From positions 1,697,107-1,761,106 of the forward strand of contig NW_019091355.1 of NCBI RefSeq assembly GCF_001949145.1: a DNA stretch of 64,000 nt, given 5' to 3'. This DNA is from Acanthaster planci. Lineage: Eukaryota. This document shows positions 14,043 to 27,795 of this stretch, in pieces (the first letter of the stretch is position 1; each line of letters starts with the position of its first letter). Made by a program: the position numbers and the translations under genes. The notes under the pieces are model-generated. The model was not told the origin of the DNA. It was given only the letters and a program-made list of their open reading frames with translations, and did not search any database.

Positions 14043-17000
14043 CTAGTTTGATTGCATCTGTCACGCTTTTGTTGGCCATGCATCAAAATTGACAGGGCTG
14101 TTAATGGCAGAACCAAGCTACAGTACACTTTGTAAACAAGCAGACATGCCTGCATGCACACGTAAGTATATATATCAATCTGAATTTAATGGCAGCAAGT
14201 ACACTGACTTTTGTACCATGATTACAACTTAAAATAAGTTATGAAAACATGAACAGATGCTAGCATACAGTCTTCAGTAACATCCCACTGTGGGTCATGC
14301 AATTCTAATTGATGAATGGCAATTGCACTTCTTTTCCCAGTGGGATGAGTGAGTCCTGCGAACAGATCAGAGCTGTTACAGAAATTGGGGCAAATACATG
14401 TACACATCGTCCAACAACCAGTACCGGTAGACTGTGACTTAACCCAATTGGAAAGTGCTTTTTGGACAGAACTGGCATTTCCTCTGAATGACATTTCCGA
14501 TCCGATTAGAAAACTGCCACCGAACAGGGCAGCCTACCAGTAAAAAAAAAATAAACGGAGGTTTCCTTTTCCATGACACCAGTAGCAGAAAGATCAGTAA
14601 TTTTTGAATACCTTACGAAATATGACTTCGTTTTTTTTCATTTTGCAATTTCAAGAAGTTGAACTTGACCGCATTAGTACAGTATGAGCCATACTCTGTT
14701 CTTTTATTTTCACACTGAGGATAAAGGGTATGAAATTGCCCAAAACCAAAAGGTGTCCACCTAAATATTAGGAACAGCGCATCCTGCTAAAACTAGCAGA
14801 CCATTGGAATTAATTACTCAAAGCTTTATTAGACAGAATCATACACTGTGTAAATTTGTACATTTCAAGCAAGCATTGACATAGCCATTCAAGCGAGATA
14901 TCTGGGGCAAAGGTGAACGGACTGACAAGGGATGAGACGACATCATCCGTGATACATGTACATGGACCAGCAGCTGCTATAAATAACACAGTCCACCACG
15001 GGCAATATTTGCTCTCTGCATTGTGGAATTTGTCAGGCCACAGAACAAAACTGGCAAAACAGTCGTAAACAAAACTGTTCTTGTTTCCCCCCAAGCCAAA
15101 ACCAGGTGGGGTTAATTGTTAAACAAATTTAGGGAGTAGGAGATTGAAGTGCTAAGTGTGGAATGAAAGATGCAACACACCTTCCATCCCAGCCATTCCT
15201 ACCTGTATGAGTGCACTTAAAAAAAATTCCAGCAGACAAGAGTACCCAGATTAAGTTGGAGTGCAGCTAGGGGCTTAAACTTGCTGCAAAAACTTGTATT
15301 AATATTTTACTTGTGTTCAAGCAGGCCCCATCATTTTCTAAATTAAGCTGTCTTTTGCACTCGGCTCCGATATTTGCATGCCGTTAAGTCTGAAAATTTG
15401 TTAATAATCCACAAAGAAACTTATTTCAGACAAATCAATCAACACTATCAACTGGTTTATCTAGATATTATAATCTTTCATCTAAATTTACAATATGACT
15501 GTCATCTGTCTTGATAGTGAATGCTGGCGGGGAGTAACAGTTCAGTTATACAGATTATACAGTTTTTAATGAGAAGACATTTAAAGCACCTGAGTTTTTT
15601 AAACCAGTTTATGTCCATTTCAGATTCTTTCTTTCCTTAAACAAGAAGCAATCGCTGCAGTGCATGTTTAGACTGGAGTCCGCAAAGTAATCTGTTGAAC
15701 TCAACTCACATCGAGGGCATTTTTTCATAAAAACCGTTGTGCACAACATGTTGACATGTTCCTGGTAGGTTTTTTTTCTGCATTCATTTGCGGAAACTAA
15801 GAGCAAGCACTCGGACAGAAACAGTCTCGCTAAATTCAGTGACATCAAAAAATAAACTCACTCCAGTTCCATATTCTCCCTTATGTGCCCCCCCTAACAC
15901 CAAGGAAAATCCCGAGGCACCAAGTAAAAAAAAAAAATGAAGTAAAAAAAAAATGAATTAAAAAAAAAAGGTGCAGACAGGTAGTGCAATCAGCAAGCAC
16001 TGTATGGTGTGAGCGTAAGTGCCTGTTGAGAAAAATATTTGCATAACCCGTTCAGGGTACCTTTATTTGTGCCTTACACATGTTTGTCAGGAGTTTATAC
16101 GGGGCCGGGGAAGCAAAGTACAAAACGACAAATAGACAAGGGTTATTCCATTCAGCCTTTAAAAAAAAAAAAACTAAGTGCCTCGGCTCCGATTGGACGG
16201 TTTCATTTTGTGTGTGTGTGTGCGCGTACACACAAACCCAGAGAGCCTGGGCACTGTACAGCCGGACGGATTCCCATGAATGGGGCTTTATTTTTATCAC
16301 TGGCGCGCTGTTTTCTGGCGAGCACAATAGAATCGGAGAGGCTTGGACTTTAGCACAAACATACCCATTGTTATGGACCTGGGGAGACCCAGAACCGAGC
16401 TGGTTTCTTTTGGCAACAACAAGTTGACAAGGGAAGGGCAAAGGAATTAAAAAAAAATGTAAGGGGAGAGGGCCTGTCCATTTCTGTTTGGATCTGCACA
16501 GGAGAAGAGGCAACCTGTGCAAACTGTATCTTCTGGAAAGTTCAACAGCAAGTATCACTACATACAGCTTCTCCAAACTTCCAAATTTTCTTCAACTTAC
16601 AACTGTCCACTTCAATGAAATCCTAAACCAACACCACTGGCAATCATCATGGCACATACGGGTTGTGGTACATATAGTTTGGCTGAAGACTCAATAAAAA
16701 AGCCCACAGAAGCTCTGGAGAACAAAGTGTGTTGAAACTTGACAGCAATTACCTACACAGCGACTCAAAATTTACTTTCATGTATGCAATCCAACGACCC
16801 AACCACTTTAATTTTTCATGTGACTTGATGATGTCCTAATTAGATTACAGCACACTGCTGGACTTTTAAGAGGATTCAAAGGCTCCCTGTAAAACTGTCA
16901 AGGGAGCTTGGATTAAGAGTCTGGAACTGTTTGTATCAGAAAATACACCTGAGTCTCTTTGCAGAAACAAAAATGTTTTCACCAACTATTATTAGCAGTC

Positions 17001-20000
17001 CTTCATTTCACTCAGCTACAATCTAGGTATTTTGCTTTCCTTTTTCTGGGTAAAATACAGAAAATACATTGCAGAAATGATTCTAAATGACAACCTAATC
17101 ACTTTCCTCATCAAGATCCCATTTCCTACCGACCACATTAAATTGGTCTCCTCTTGAAAACAGGATCATTTTTATTGACAACAACAACCATCTCAACCAG
17201 GTTAATATGCTGAAAACGGCCTTCATCTCTCTAACCGATTTGCCCGGCAGCCCTGTGTGAGCTGAGGTCATCCATCCAGTTGTTTACGCTTTTCTCTCTT
17301 CAACTGCACGCACACTGCTGACTGCACTTGGGCCAATGCCAAGTCTGCAGCAGCGCTCCCACACCCCACAGATGTCCTCCCGCAAACTACGCTGCATTGT
17401 TTGAACCCGAGCCTTCACATATTTGCCGACTAATTTCACAAGGCACGATCCATCTGTCACGAGCCAGACACTGAATATTCCACCACCTACAAACTGAATA
17501 CTGAATAATTAAAGTAGAGTGATACTGAATGTAGACGCCATGCAAAAAAAACAAAATTAAATCTATTCATATGGTGAAACACTTGATCTTCTACAACTGG
17601 ATGCCAATGGTACACGTAAAATCAACAGAAACATGAATTTCTAGTGCAACTGCAACTGACACCACCAAAAGCAATAACACAGGATCCCCATTTTACAACG
17701 TGCTTCTTTTTCAGGTGATTTTTTATGGGGGGGGCCTAATCTTCAAACATCAGACCTGGATTAAACACTATAAACAGTCACAAAAGTCAGCTCAGTTACT
17801 TTGGTATAGCACTGCTTCCACAGTATGCAACCTGGGCTTGTAACTGAATTCTTTGGACAAAAAAAGACTCTGATATACCAAAATAGCATTGACTATGAAC
17901 TATTCCATTTTTGGTGGAGGGAGGGGTTCACAGATTCACTTCCTTATGGCCACACTGCCTACACCCTGGTTTATGATTTACATGTACGGTAACTTTGCAT
18001 GTGGCCAGTCAACAGCAAAGTGCAACCCTGTTGATTCTACAGGTACATGTAATAATCTGAGGGGTGTTTAGTGCTGCATTATAAGGAAAGAACACAATGG
18101 AAACCAGCTGTTTTTATGGTCTTTTTCTGAGACAAACACTGTACATGTACCTATCAACCTCACAAAAAACACCTATCGGTGCATGTACGGGTGCTGTACA
18201 TAAATTCAGCACCAATGTGACTGATTGACTGGAGCATCACACTGCATACACTGTCGCAGACAACATGCAGGTACCAGGATACTGGTACATGGAAAATGCC
18301 ATAACTAAAACTAAAAAGATGAAGTTGATCAATGTTAAAATGTTTCTGTGGGCACACTGTCCATTGCACGCTGGGGTACCGTAATTAATTGCATGTCTGA
18401 AACAGCAACCAGGGTCTCTACTCTCTGAAAGAGCTGAGCCTTATAAACCCTGCAAAAAACGTAGTGTTACCGGTACGTGCTAATTTCAAGAGTATTAAAT
18501 AAATTCATCAATTTAAAACTTAAATTCGAGCAGGTGAACTAGTCATTTTACATCTTTGAAGCACTCTCTCTACATGTGTGAATACATATATATTGTACAT
18601 GGACAGTGCATGCCAAACCACTAGTTGCTTCCATACACTTCGAACAACTTTTAGCATTTGTTTATGAAATAAAACAAAATGTTAACAAAAGAAGCTGCTT
18701 CTGGACACCAAGAGTGCTGGTACCTGAGACAACAAAGCATATAATGTCAACAGAAGAATTTTGTTGGCTATTACTAATGAGCAATCCAAAACACTTTGCT
18801 ACAAAGGCATTAGTAAAACAAATAATTTACTTGCAAGTACTGGTACACTCAAGGCACCTGTGCATGTACATGTTGATGTACATTTACAGAAAGGCAGCAT
18901 CCACCATGTGCATATGTATTTGCCAATATTTACATGTAATTTCATTTTGACAACACAACTTTTACAGTCCCCAGAACATCTTGCAATTAATGCGATGTTG
19001 TTTGTTTTGATCAACAACAGATTCATGATTTAAAACATGCATACATGTACAGGTCTGTGAACACACATGTTGTTAGAGTACGTGTACATGTATGAAGACC
19101 AAACATGCGCTGTGTGATGAGAGGATCAAGGACAGGGTCACACAAAAAGTCACAGTCCAGAAAATGCATACCTGTACGTACATGTACGTACGAATTTTTA
19201 TTTTTCCTTCAGCACAAGTCATGCACATTACTATAAATATCAAAAATGCATACCGCCTGACACTGTTTAATCTCTTTACACAAAAATCATTTCGCTCGGA
19301 CACCCTTTTGGTAGGTTTTGTTGACACTGCAGCCTCCCAACTTCCGCTTTACTAAACAGATTTCCACAAGGCCGGCATTTTTAGTCACGGCGAACAAGAC
19401 ATGAGGGACCAAAGATCCCAGCTGAGCCTGTGATCGAGGGGTGAACATGAACGATGTGTCCTATTGTGTCGAGAGCTTTTTTCTTTCAGAGAATGCCGTC
19501 AGGACGCTAATATATCCGTGCTGAAAGGACTCGTCAGTACGGATTTTTCTTTGACTGCTGCAAAGGGCGAATTGCCAACACGTTGATTAAATGTTCACCA
19601 TGTGTATCGTGTTGGGTAAAATCAAACTTGTTTTTAAAACTAACTACAGTGTACAATGAGCACAGTTGCAGAGCACAATGAAATTGACAATTTACTTCAG
19701 GTAGGTACATGTAGTACAAGTTACTATTTTTAGACCGCTGCAATGCGAGTTTAAAAATGATGCCCCCCCTAATTTGAATACTGTACCTAAGCTTGAACTT
19801 GAATCCTAGACTCTGACCTATGGTACATGTAAACGTATGGGGCTGAGAGAGGGTGTTATGGGGTACATGTACATAGGAAAAGACACAGTACGTTTCCACC
19901 TGAAAGTGCATAAAGGAGGCTTGAGAGTAGCAGAATACCCAATTATCAAATCCTTTCTGATCTTGTACATGTAACCTATTACAAAATTGCAGCCCAGAAT

Positions 20001-21949
20001 ATTGCAAATTTGAGGACCTGCCGGTAGGTCCACACATACATTTAGCATGAAAAATTCTGGCACAGCTACAGCAAGTCGAGACTCTCCCCACCCAAAACCC
20101 ATAGTCTATCAACAAACCTGTTTTGGGAAGGACATGCCAGGTACCGTGTATTGACACTGTATTGACTATGGGACCCAATGCGAGTGCCGTCCTTGTAGGC
20201 CCACCTTGCACAACCTGTTTACAACACAGACACCTGGAAATCAATAGGGGCGTGGTTGAATTCCTCTGGAGGACAAAGAGTTTGAGGGGGGAAGCTTGGC
20301 TGACATACAAGTTGCCTTAGTTTTGCAGGATCATAAGATGCCCAATCTTCCTGTCAAATTGTAACCGGCTCCCATGTAATAACAATTAAGTTGCATAAAT
20401 TAAGTTCTGGGATTTGACTGGGTAGCACAGGGGACAAGCCTTTAAATAAAGTGGTCCAGCGAATAACTCTGCTTGTTTGTTGCTGATCTAACCATGGTAT
20501 CTTGGAGAAAAATGAAAAGCTTTAAAGATTAAAGGCACTTCATTCGGCAGGTGACAAGCACAGGTTTCATTGTGGTTCAGCAAAGTGAAATGTTTAAATT
20601 TCCTCATGTACCCGTATATTAGCTGTAACTGCATACCAAGGAATCTTTTTAAAGAAAGTCTAAAAGTAGCATGTCTAGCCAATATCCACTCTCTGGAAAG
20701 ATGCCCATACGGTGATTTCCCAGTCACAGCCCCAAGCCTTTCACCGCTTTGAACTAATATCTGCATTTTAACAATACTTCATCTGCCTATCTGCCAGGTA
20801 GTCTTTGAGCCCCTACAGTGCATCGTGAGCACAGTGATATGGCTAAAAACATCCTGCCAACTTTGTTTTGGCTTCCTCTCCTAGCCAACAGTAACTGATA
20901 CTGACTGGCGACACAATCTCCGTGTACCCAGGGATCCTTCAAGCTTGTTTTCCAGGCTTCCTCCAAAAGAGAGCCAAAACTGGGTTATTTACACATACAC
21001 TTGCCAGTCGAAGTCACTTAATACTGGAATGCAGACTGAGGAATCAAGTTCTCTTCTTTGTCACCTCGGCTGAATTCTTGCCAGTTGGACCCCCCCAAAA
21101 AAAGAACCCAAGAATGGTGCACGATCGATCCAGCAAGAGGAAACACTATCCTCTTCTTGTACCTAGTAGAGTAATTGTTTCCTGTTGCCAGTGTTGGTGG
21201 CTGTTGAATATTCTGTCCAACAACTGCTGATCGCTGTGGTGTGGAACATGGTTTTTTTTCACACCCCAGGGACAAATGTCCAAGATGCCATGCACCTCGA
21301 AGGGTTAAAAAGTTTGTCACATAGACAAAAGTTGTTGCTGTCGAGAAAGTAAAGGAAAGCTATACGTAACACTGAGGGTTTTAAAGACAGGTGTTTTCTA
21401 ATGAATATCAAAATTTCATTCTCATACACCAAGTGCACCATAGGCATTGTCTTGGTTTTTACTTTAACCAAAAAGAGAATTCAAAGGACACGCTGAAGAA
21501 CAGTCTTGCCTATTTTTTTTTCCGTTTTTGAGCACATGAGGCTGAACAGTGTAAATGTGGACTGAAGTGACTCATCGCAATCAAGTGTCAACACAAAAGA
21601 GCCTTCACCACCAAGAAAAACACAGAGACACATTACATGTGCATGAAAAAGGTCTCAATGTCATTGATATAATGGCCTGAATTAACGTGAAACAGTTATG
21701 TTTTATTTCAACTGTTGTTTAATGAGAGGATTCACACAAAAAAAAAGATTCCCAGCATGGGAAACCTATTTTTTCATCTTCCCACAAATTTCAGAAAAAT
21801 AAAATTTTAATTGGGAAAACATCACTTTGAAATCCCTCAACTGTTTAAGGACACATCTAGTATCCTTCATGCACAAGTTAAGGGAAAGAAAAGCATTACG
21901 TATTATCCAGGTTCAAGTATTTCAATATTAATTCAAATATGGCACGGTT

Positions 21950-22042
21950 TTCCTGATAGTCTTACATTATGCCAACACTGTACCTTTTGCAGGCTTCCTG
22001 ATAGTCTTACATTATGCCAACACTGTACCTTTTGCAGGCTTC
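21950..22042. repeat. Perfect 45-bp tandem duplication
   Basis: ttcctgatagtcttacattatgccaacactgtaccttttgcaggc repeated twice. Confidence 0.95.
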
Positions 22043-24964
22043 TCTTTGCATAATGTATAATACAACACATTTGAGCAGTGCATCAGTACTTAAACAAAGA
22101 ACATCTCATTTTAATAAGCAATGGGAATGGATAACAGTTTGAGCATGCTTCACGCAATAAACCTGAAGATTCAAACCTTCTTTCTTCTGTAATGTTGTTT
22201 TAATCAACATGCAGAACAGAAAATCCAGATTCGAAGCTTTGTGACCAATACTAGATTAAATCTCCATGCAAAGTGCACTTGTTACCTGACTATATATCAA
22301 CAGGGACATTAAATGGAAGAGCACATTGTGCGGGGGTTGAAAAAATTCATTAAGCTATTTAATGTCCACTCTGTTGGGTATAATAAAATGTTATGACTTT
22401 GTTTGTGATCCGTTCTGAAGGCAATTTTTAGATAACAAGAAGTTGGGGGAAATATTAATCTACATGTTATCTGCGCAAGTCAACACTTCTTTGTTGAAAT
22501 TTATGTGTGTGTACCTACATGTACATACAATGGAAATAATTGAAAAATCTTCCTGAATAAAATTTCTCAGCATTTATATTGCTATTACCTGTACAACAAC
22601 AGGGACGGCTATAAACTTTTAGTCTTCCATCAGCTATGATTAGAGGTACAATTACCCAAAACACCTACCAGTACCTTGCTTCAAAACGGAGAAAAACCAG
22701 CGGGTATCTCAACTCTAAATGAACGTACAACAAAAATGCTAATCTAGTGTCTTGATCTCTGCAGTCACTTCAGTCACTTCAACCAAATCTATATTGTTTG
22801 TCAATTGCTAAGGTATTTTTAGGAGGAAGTTGGAAAGGTTCCATTAAATACACTGAGCTCATCTCTCTCTTTGATGTGATTTTCTTTTCCAAGTCAAACA
22901 AGTGCCCAACCCTCAAATAGTAATCACTTGCACAAACACATCAAGAAAGTGTATTCCTTGGATATACGGTAGTACCTAGGCATTGGAGTTCACCTGTAAT
23001 CTGTCTGTGTACTGGTACATGTATACCTTTGTCATTTGTAATTGAATCAACTGACCCAAATTCGACACTGTGAAGTCCCTCGAGCTTGCCCCGTTAATCT
23101 GAGGAAGAAAACACTTCCTCTTCAATTAGATTATGGCTGCACAATTCTAATCTAGTGTCCTGATCTCTGTAGTGGAGGGAAGACTGGTGCAAGTCTAGGG
23201 CAGCTTGTTGTGCCCCGAAAATGTACCCACAAACACTCCAGTCAGGGCTGGCTTTTGTCTACTCGCGTGAAGGAAAGGGGCCCCTATTGTTCCCCGGCTT
23301 ACACCGTTGACAAAAACAAGTCTGCCTCGGCTGGCCATCGGGTAGTGGGTTCTAAGAGGCACCGCGTGCGTTAACCCCGCTACGCTAGGCCACTCGTTTC
23401 GGCCTGTCCAAGGCCTTTCTAAGGCCTCAATGCAGCGCCGTCACTTAATAGCCAGCAGTTAGTGCAAATTATGGTGGGAAACGAGAGAAAAAAAAACACA
23501 CTACGCAGAAGGGCTTGGGAAAAAAATTCCGGTTCTGTGCTGCACTCGTGGTGACTCCCAACAACAAAATTCCAGACTAGGATTATAACCCCCGTCTGTG
23601 TTCAGCACTATTGTGCCTGCCACTAGAGAGGATTTCAGCTTACCCATTGCACAAAACACCAGCAAGACCACACACTGGGGGAGGGAGAGTCTGTTGAGCC
23701 TTGCCCGACAGAAAAACAACTTAATTACAGGTATAACCCTAATGATAGAGTCTCTATAAAGCAGAATCACCTGTCTTCTAGGAATACATGTATGTTCAAT
23801 ATCAGTTACAAGTAATTGCTTTAAAAATGTAGGCCTACATGTTTAACAATGACTGGATGATTATCACAACCCAGTTCATACTTCAAGCAATGTTGAACTG
23901 AAATGAATTCATCCAGGTAAAACAAGCTTCACAGCAAAATTACAAGTGTTTTCACTTTGAAATTTGCTTCACCACCCTTAATACTGAATATACCTTTTTA
24001 CAACTTTGCACACAATTACTGAAATACTCAAGAAGCAGGTCCAGTATGCCAGTGACACAGACCATTAAATTAATCGGCCTTTGAATAAAGAGACTCTGGG
24101 GAAAATGCCATGTCAAGCTACAAATATGTACGTACTTATGATTCTTTAAAGAATTTACCAAAATTACCCTCCAAAGTAAAAGACTTAAAAAAAATATTTT
24201 TACAGCCCAACAAGTAACCACATTCAGTTGATCTTTCTGTCCCAATTCCCACTGAGAAATACAAATGTATACAAGAGAAAACATCAAAGCAAGGAGCAAA
24301 ATAAATCCTCTCCAAATAAAACAGAAGTAACATAGCTAGCAATTTCTGTTTCACAAAATATGTTAAATTTCATTGTTAACCATTTTATAAATTTGGGAGC
24401 AGGCCTAGGCCTACCGGTACATGTGCAATTTTTAGCAGGAAAAAGGAATACTTTAAATTTTAAAGTGAACAACCTCGTTACAGATTGGCAAAGTTCAGGA
24501 CAAAGAGAATATAAATTCAGCATGCAAGTCTTCTAAATCAGGGAATGGATTAGGCTACTTGGCACTGAATAATCCAAAGAGAGGATTCAAAGGAACTTGA
24601 TAAACTGGAGCAAAACTAGCGTTAGTCTTTACAAACTAGGATCTTTCGAAACTTAGCGGTTGTGTAGATCTAGCCATGTTTTGCACATGCTGTAATAACT
24701 GCAAACATGCACAGCAGAAGCCTTTTGAAAAATCAATTGAGAAAATACATCATAGGTCTAGTGCATGGAGATGTAAAGGTAAGGCCCAAGTGACGAACGA
24801 TCTTCTGGGCCTAGCTAGATGCTAGATTTTTCACTTGGTCAATTCCCTCTTTTTTTTCAGCCCAACAACGTTGCAACATTCACTACCCGTGCTGGCTAAA
24901 GGAAAATGTTTACAAAATGAATATTTTTGTGTTAAAAAGTGAAAGATAGAAACAGGAAACTTAC

Positions 24965-25202
24965 CGGACACGGGACTCAATTTCGTCAGTTCACACCATC
25001 GTGTTTTCCACTGCAAAAATACAAAACACATGAAAGATGAAAAAAAAGCCGACTTGTCTGTGTAAAACGCCATGCCACAAGCAGGGACTTTCAAATAAAA
25101 GCGGTACATTACAGAAGGGGGTAAAATACGAGACTGCCCTACCTTGCGGCCGTGTCGAATTTTGAGCGAACACTGGAGAAGCGTGTTGGTGTGGTCGGCC
25201 AT
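24965..25202 (-). CDS. DOK7: Dok-7-like docking protein, coding exons 1-2 (start of PH domain); gene continues leftward beyond the window
   Basis: Exon 1 25202-25143 encodes MADHTNTLLQCSLKIRHGRK with donor GTAGG. Exon 2 25010-24965 (46 nt, acceptor TTTTTGCAG, donor GTAAG) encodes WKTRWCELTKLSPVS. From memory this matches vertebrate DOK7 MTEAALVEGQVKLRDGKK|WKSRWLVLRKPSPVA, including intron positions and the 46-nt exon 2. No exon 3 was recognised in 1-24964. Confidence 0.82.
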
Positions 25203-25700
25203 TTTTAGCACCACCGAGCGGTTCGTCTGCTGCGGTTCTCCATAGCGCTAGCGCGTGTTGTGCGCTGTTTGTGCCCCGTGTACGTGTTTTTGAGAAGAGG
25301 AAAACAAATACCCGTCATGCACCGCTAACCATTCGCTCGTCCCCAAGCGTGCAGTCCCATGGCACTGGCGGGCGCTAACCTCTCTGCCAAATTCGGTGAA
25401 CATTTTGTGAAGCATTGTGGGAAACTTTGTGTGGTCCTTCGTCTTCGATGAGCCGTGACAAAGTCACGTGGAACGAAAATTACCCAATGAGAGGATAAAG
25501 AAATCTAGTGCTCACCTATGCTCTTAGAGAGGTGGTGGACACGAGAAAACGCTCACCGCACTGACAAACAACCCGTGAATGAGACGGCGGATAAACTAGA
25601 CACAACTCGTAAACAACTTAAGCCCTAGCGCGGCACAATGTTGTCAGTGTCGCGTGAGCATGCAGTTAAGTCCAACACGCAATTGGGGAGACGACTCTGG
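25203..25700 (-). promoter_or_regulatory. CpG-rich promoter/5'UTR region of the DOK7-like gene
   Basis: CG dinucleotides rise abruptly just upstream of the ATG. There is an E-box GTCACGTG at about 25463 and a YY1-like AAAATGGCCG over the start codon. Confidence 0.5.
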
Positions 25701-26425
25701 CTCAATGGAGCCGTAATATCAGGCGCCAGGTTTAATTTCTCGTCAGGGATATCACAGTGATGCTCAGATCATCCCTGGCTTAAATTAAAATAATGAAAAA
25801 TTATGCAGCAGCCTTTGACGCTAGGCGCGACTGCAAAACAATTTTATTATGCTTTTCTGGGAATTATTTACGTGGACTGGACAACTTCTTGCGGATGGCG
25901 ATTTTTCCTTTGTAATATTTTATGAGTTTCTGGCGAAATGAATAAAAGTTCAAATGAATAATACGCTCAAGTTTATTTAAAGAAATGTCTTTCCACTCAG
26001 TCTTGCCAACAAATATTGTTTCGGGTATACATTTTAATTTACATCCCACTGAAATGTCTGGCTAATATCCTTTCTAGGAATATTAATTTGATGTAAGTGC
26101 AATGCTCAAGGAATGCTTATTTTAGGCAACAAAATGTGGTCGTTATATTTCTCCTGTCTGCTTTAACGAGCGCCAAATGTATTCAATCTCCACTGTGGGT
26201 AAGCGCAGCGTTATTTAGGCCAAAGCTGATGCGGCCACTCCGGTTCCGTGTACTTTAATTTTCCCCCCGGCTGGTTGTTATTCGAAGTGTCACTCTATTA
26301 ACAAAACAAGTTATTCCCAGAACACGACCAGGATGTTGGTAATTTGCCCAAGGAGATTTTTTCCAGTAAACTAGGAAAGTGGCATATTTCGAAAATAAAA
26401 TGAAATCGCTAAAGTACAGTATCAA

Positions 26426-26594
26426 TACCGGCGTTTCGCAATAGTGAGCCTCCAAGAGTTTGCAACGCCTTGACCCATCACAGTGCCGGAAATCTGTCGA
26501 CCCAGTGCGGGTTTGGAAAGGGTCGACATATTCAGTGCTTTGTGATTGGTCAACGAGTTGCAAACTCTTGGAGGCGCACTTTTGTGAATCGGTA
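26426..26594. mobile_element. Palindromic MITE family 1, copy a
   Basis: Long TIRs GCCTCCAAGAGTTTGCAAC / GTTGCAAACTCTTGGAGGC; homologous to 27567-27624 and 28118-28281. Confidence 0.8.
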
Positions 26595-27566
26595 CATAAG
26601 TTGGTACATAATGGAAGGTGGTATGGAAGCGACATATTTGTTGGGGGTTACTTTTTGTTTTTGGTTCTTGATTATGACCATTATGTTCTTCGGTTTTAAT
26701 TTCTGTTGTGTGTTTCGTTTGAATTATTATAATGATTTTAATCTTGTAACGTGTAAATGTTTATTTACTGCTGGTGAATTTTACCATAGCTTTTGGTTTG
26801 GCAAAAGCTTAATTTAGTTAATTAGAAGATAATTAAATGAAAAAAGAAATATTCGAAGGACTTTATAATTATATTCCAAGACACGATCAATGTTGCTACG
26901 ACAGTATTCATAAATGAAAGTGACCGGTTGGAAGTTTTCCAGTTTGTGTAGATATAGCGGTAGTTGCGTGATTTTTGCCGTGCGCTCGGCGCGGCCGTTG
27001 GAATCGACAACCTGTGAGAGTGTATGACGTAAACTTGTCGCAAGAGGTCGCTGTGCAAGAAATTAATTTCATCAACCAAGCAGACAGACAAGAATGAATG
27101 GAATTTTGTTTCACAATTGTGAGAAGAGATTCAGGCATTCGAGACTTGGTATTTTGCATGGCGTTATATCAGAAATAGAGATGTGAGTTTCAGGATTCCT
27201 CCAGACAGTGTTTCGTTTATTGTTTTTTTAATTACACAACTGTCTGGGGCCGGGATAAACCGTGTACTTTCCAATGGGAAAATGGTTCTTGAGAGGAGAC
27301 TAGTCTCCAAGCCTCGTGGAGCTTCGCCAGTTGAATATATCGGACTTTACTTCCCTTCGAAAAAATTTCTCGAGCCAAGAGCAAATGGAGCTTTTTGATT
27401 TAATGTATCACTTAGTTTGGCGTCCTGATGGAAGTGGATACTCCATGGTGAAAAATGCTGTGGGTTGATTGACATTGTGCAAAATTATTCTAAAGGACTT
27501 TTTACTCAAAAGTGGCTTTGGCGTCTTCAGACTCCTTTTTGCAGAGTGGGTCACAAATATAGCGCC

Positions 27567-27624
27567 TTGTGATTGGTCAACACGTTGCAAACTCTTGAAG
27601 GCGCACTATTGTGAATCGCCCGTA
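27567..27624. mobile_element. MITE family 1, partial copy b (one arm)
   Basis: tgtgattggtcaacacgttgcaaactcttgaaggcgcactattgtgaatcgccc matches the right arm of copy a. Confidence 0.75.
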
Positions 27625-27795
27625 TTCTGTACTCGCAACAGACCACCTTAGACTGTGACGTCATACACAGCAATATCAAACTCTAAAATACTTCATTAAT
27701 TCATGAAAATAAGCTATTAGTTCCAAATTCTCGCTCAATCTTTTTTATAAGGCTAACAGTGATTTTCAGTATTGCTCAGTGGTTTTACCTCACAG

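Noticed and set aside
19534..20310. 258-aa minus-strand ORF
   Set aside because: No recognisable domain, contains TACATGTA intronic motifs, and no splice phase fits DOK7 exon 3.
23501..23770. VILLYRDS peptide as possible DOK7 exon 3
   Set aside because: The nearby acceptors give stops in the required phase 1 and the similarity does not extend.
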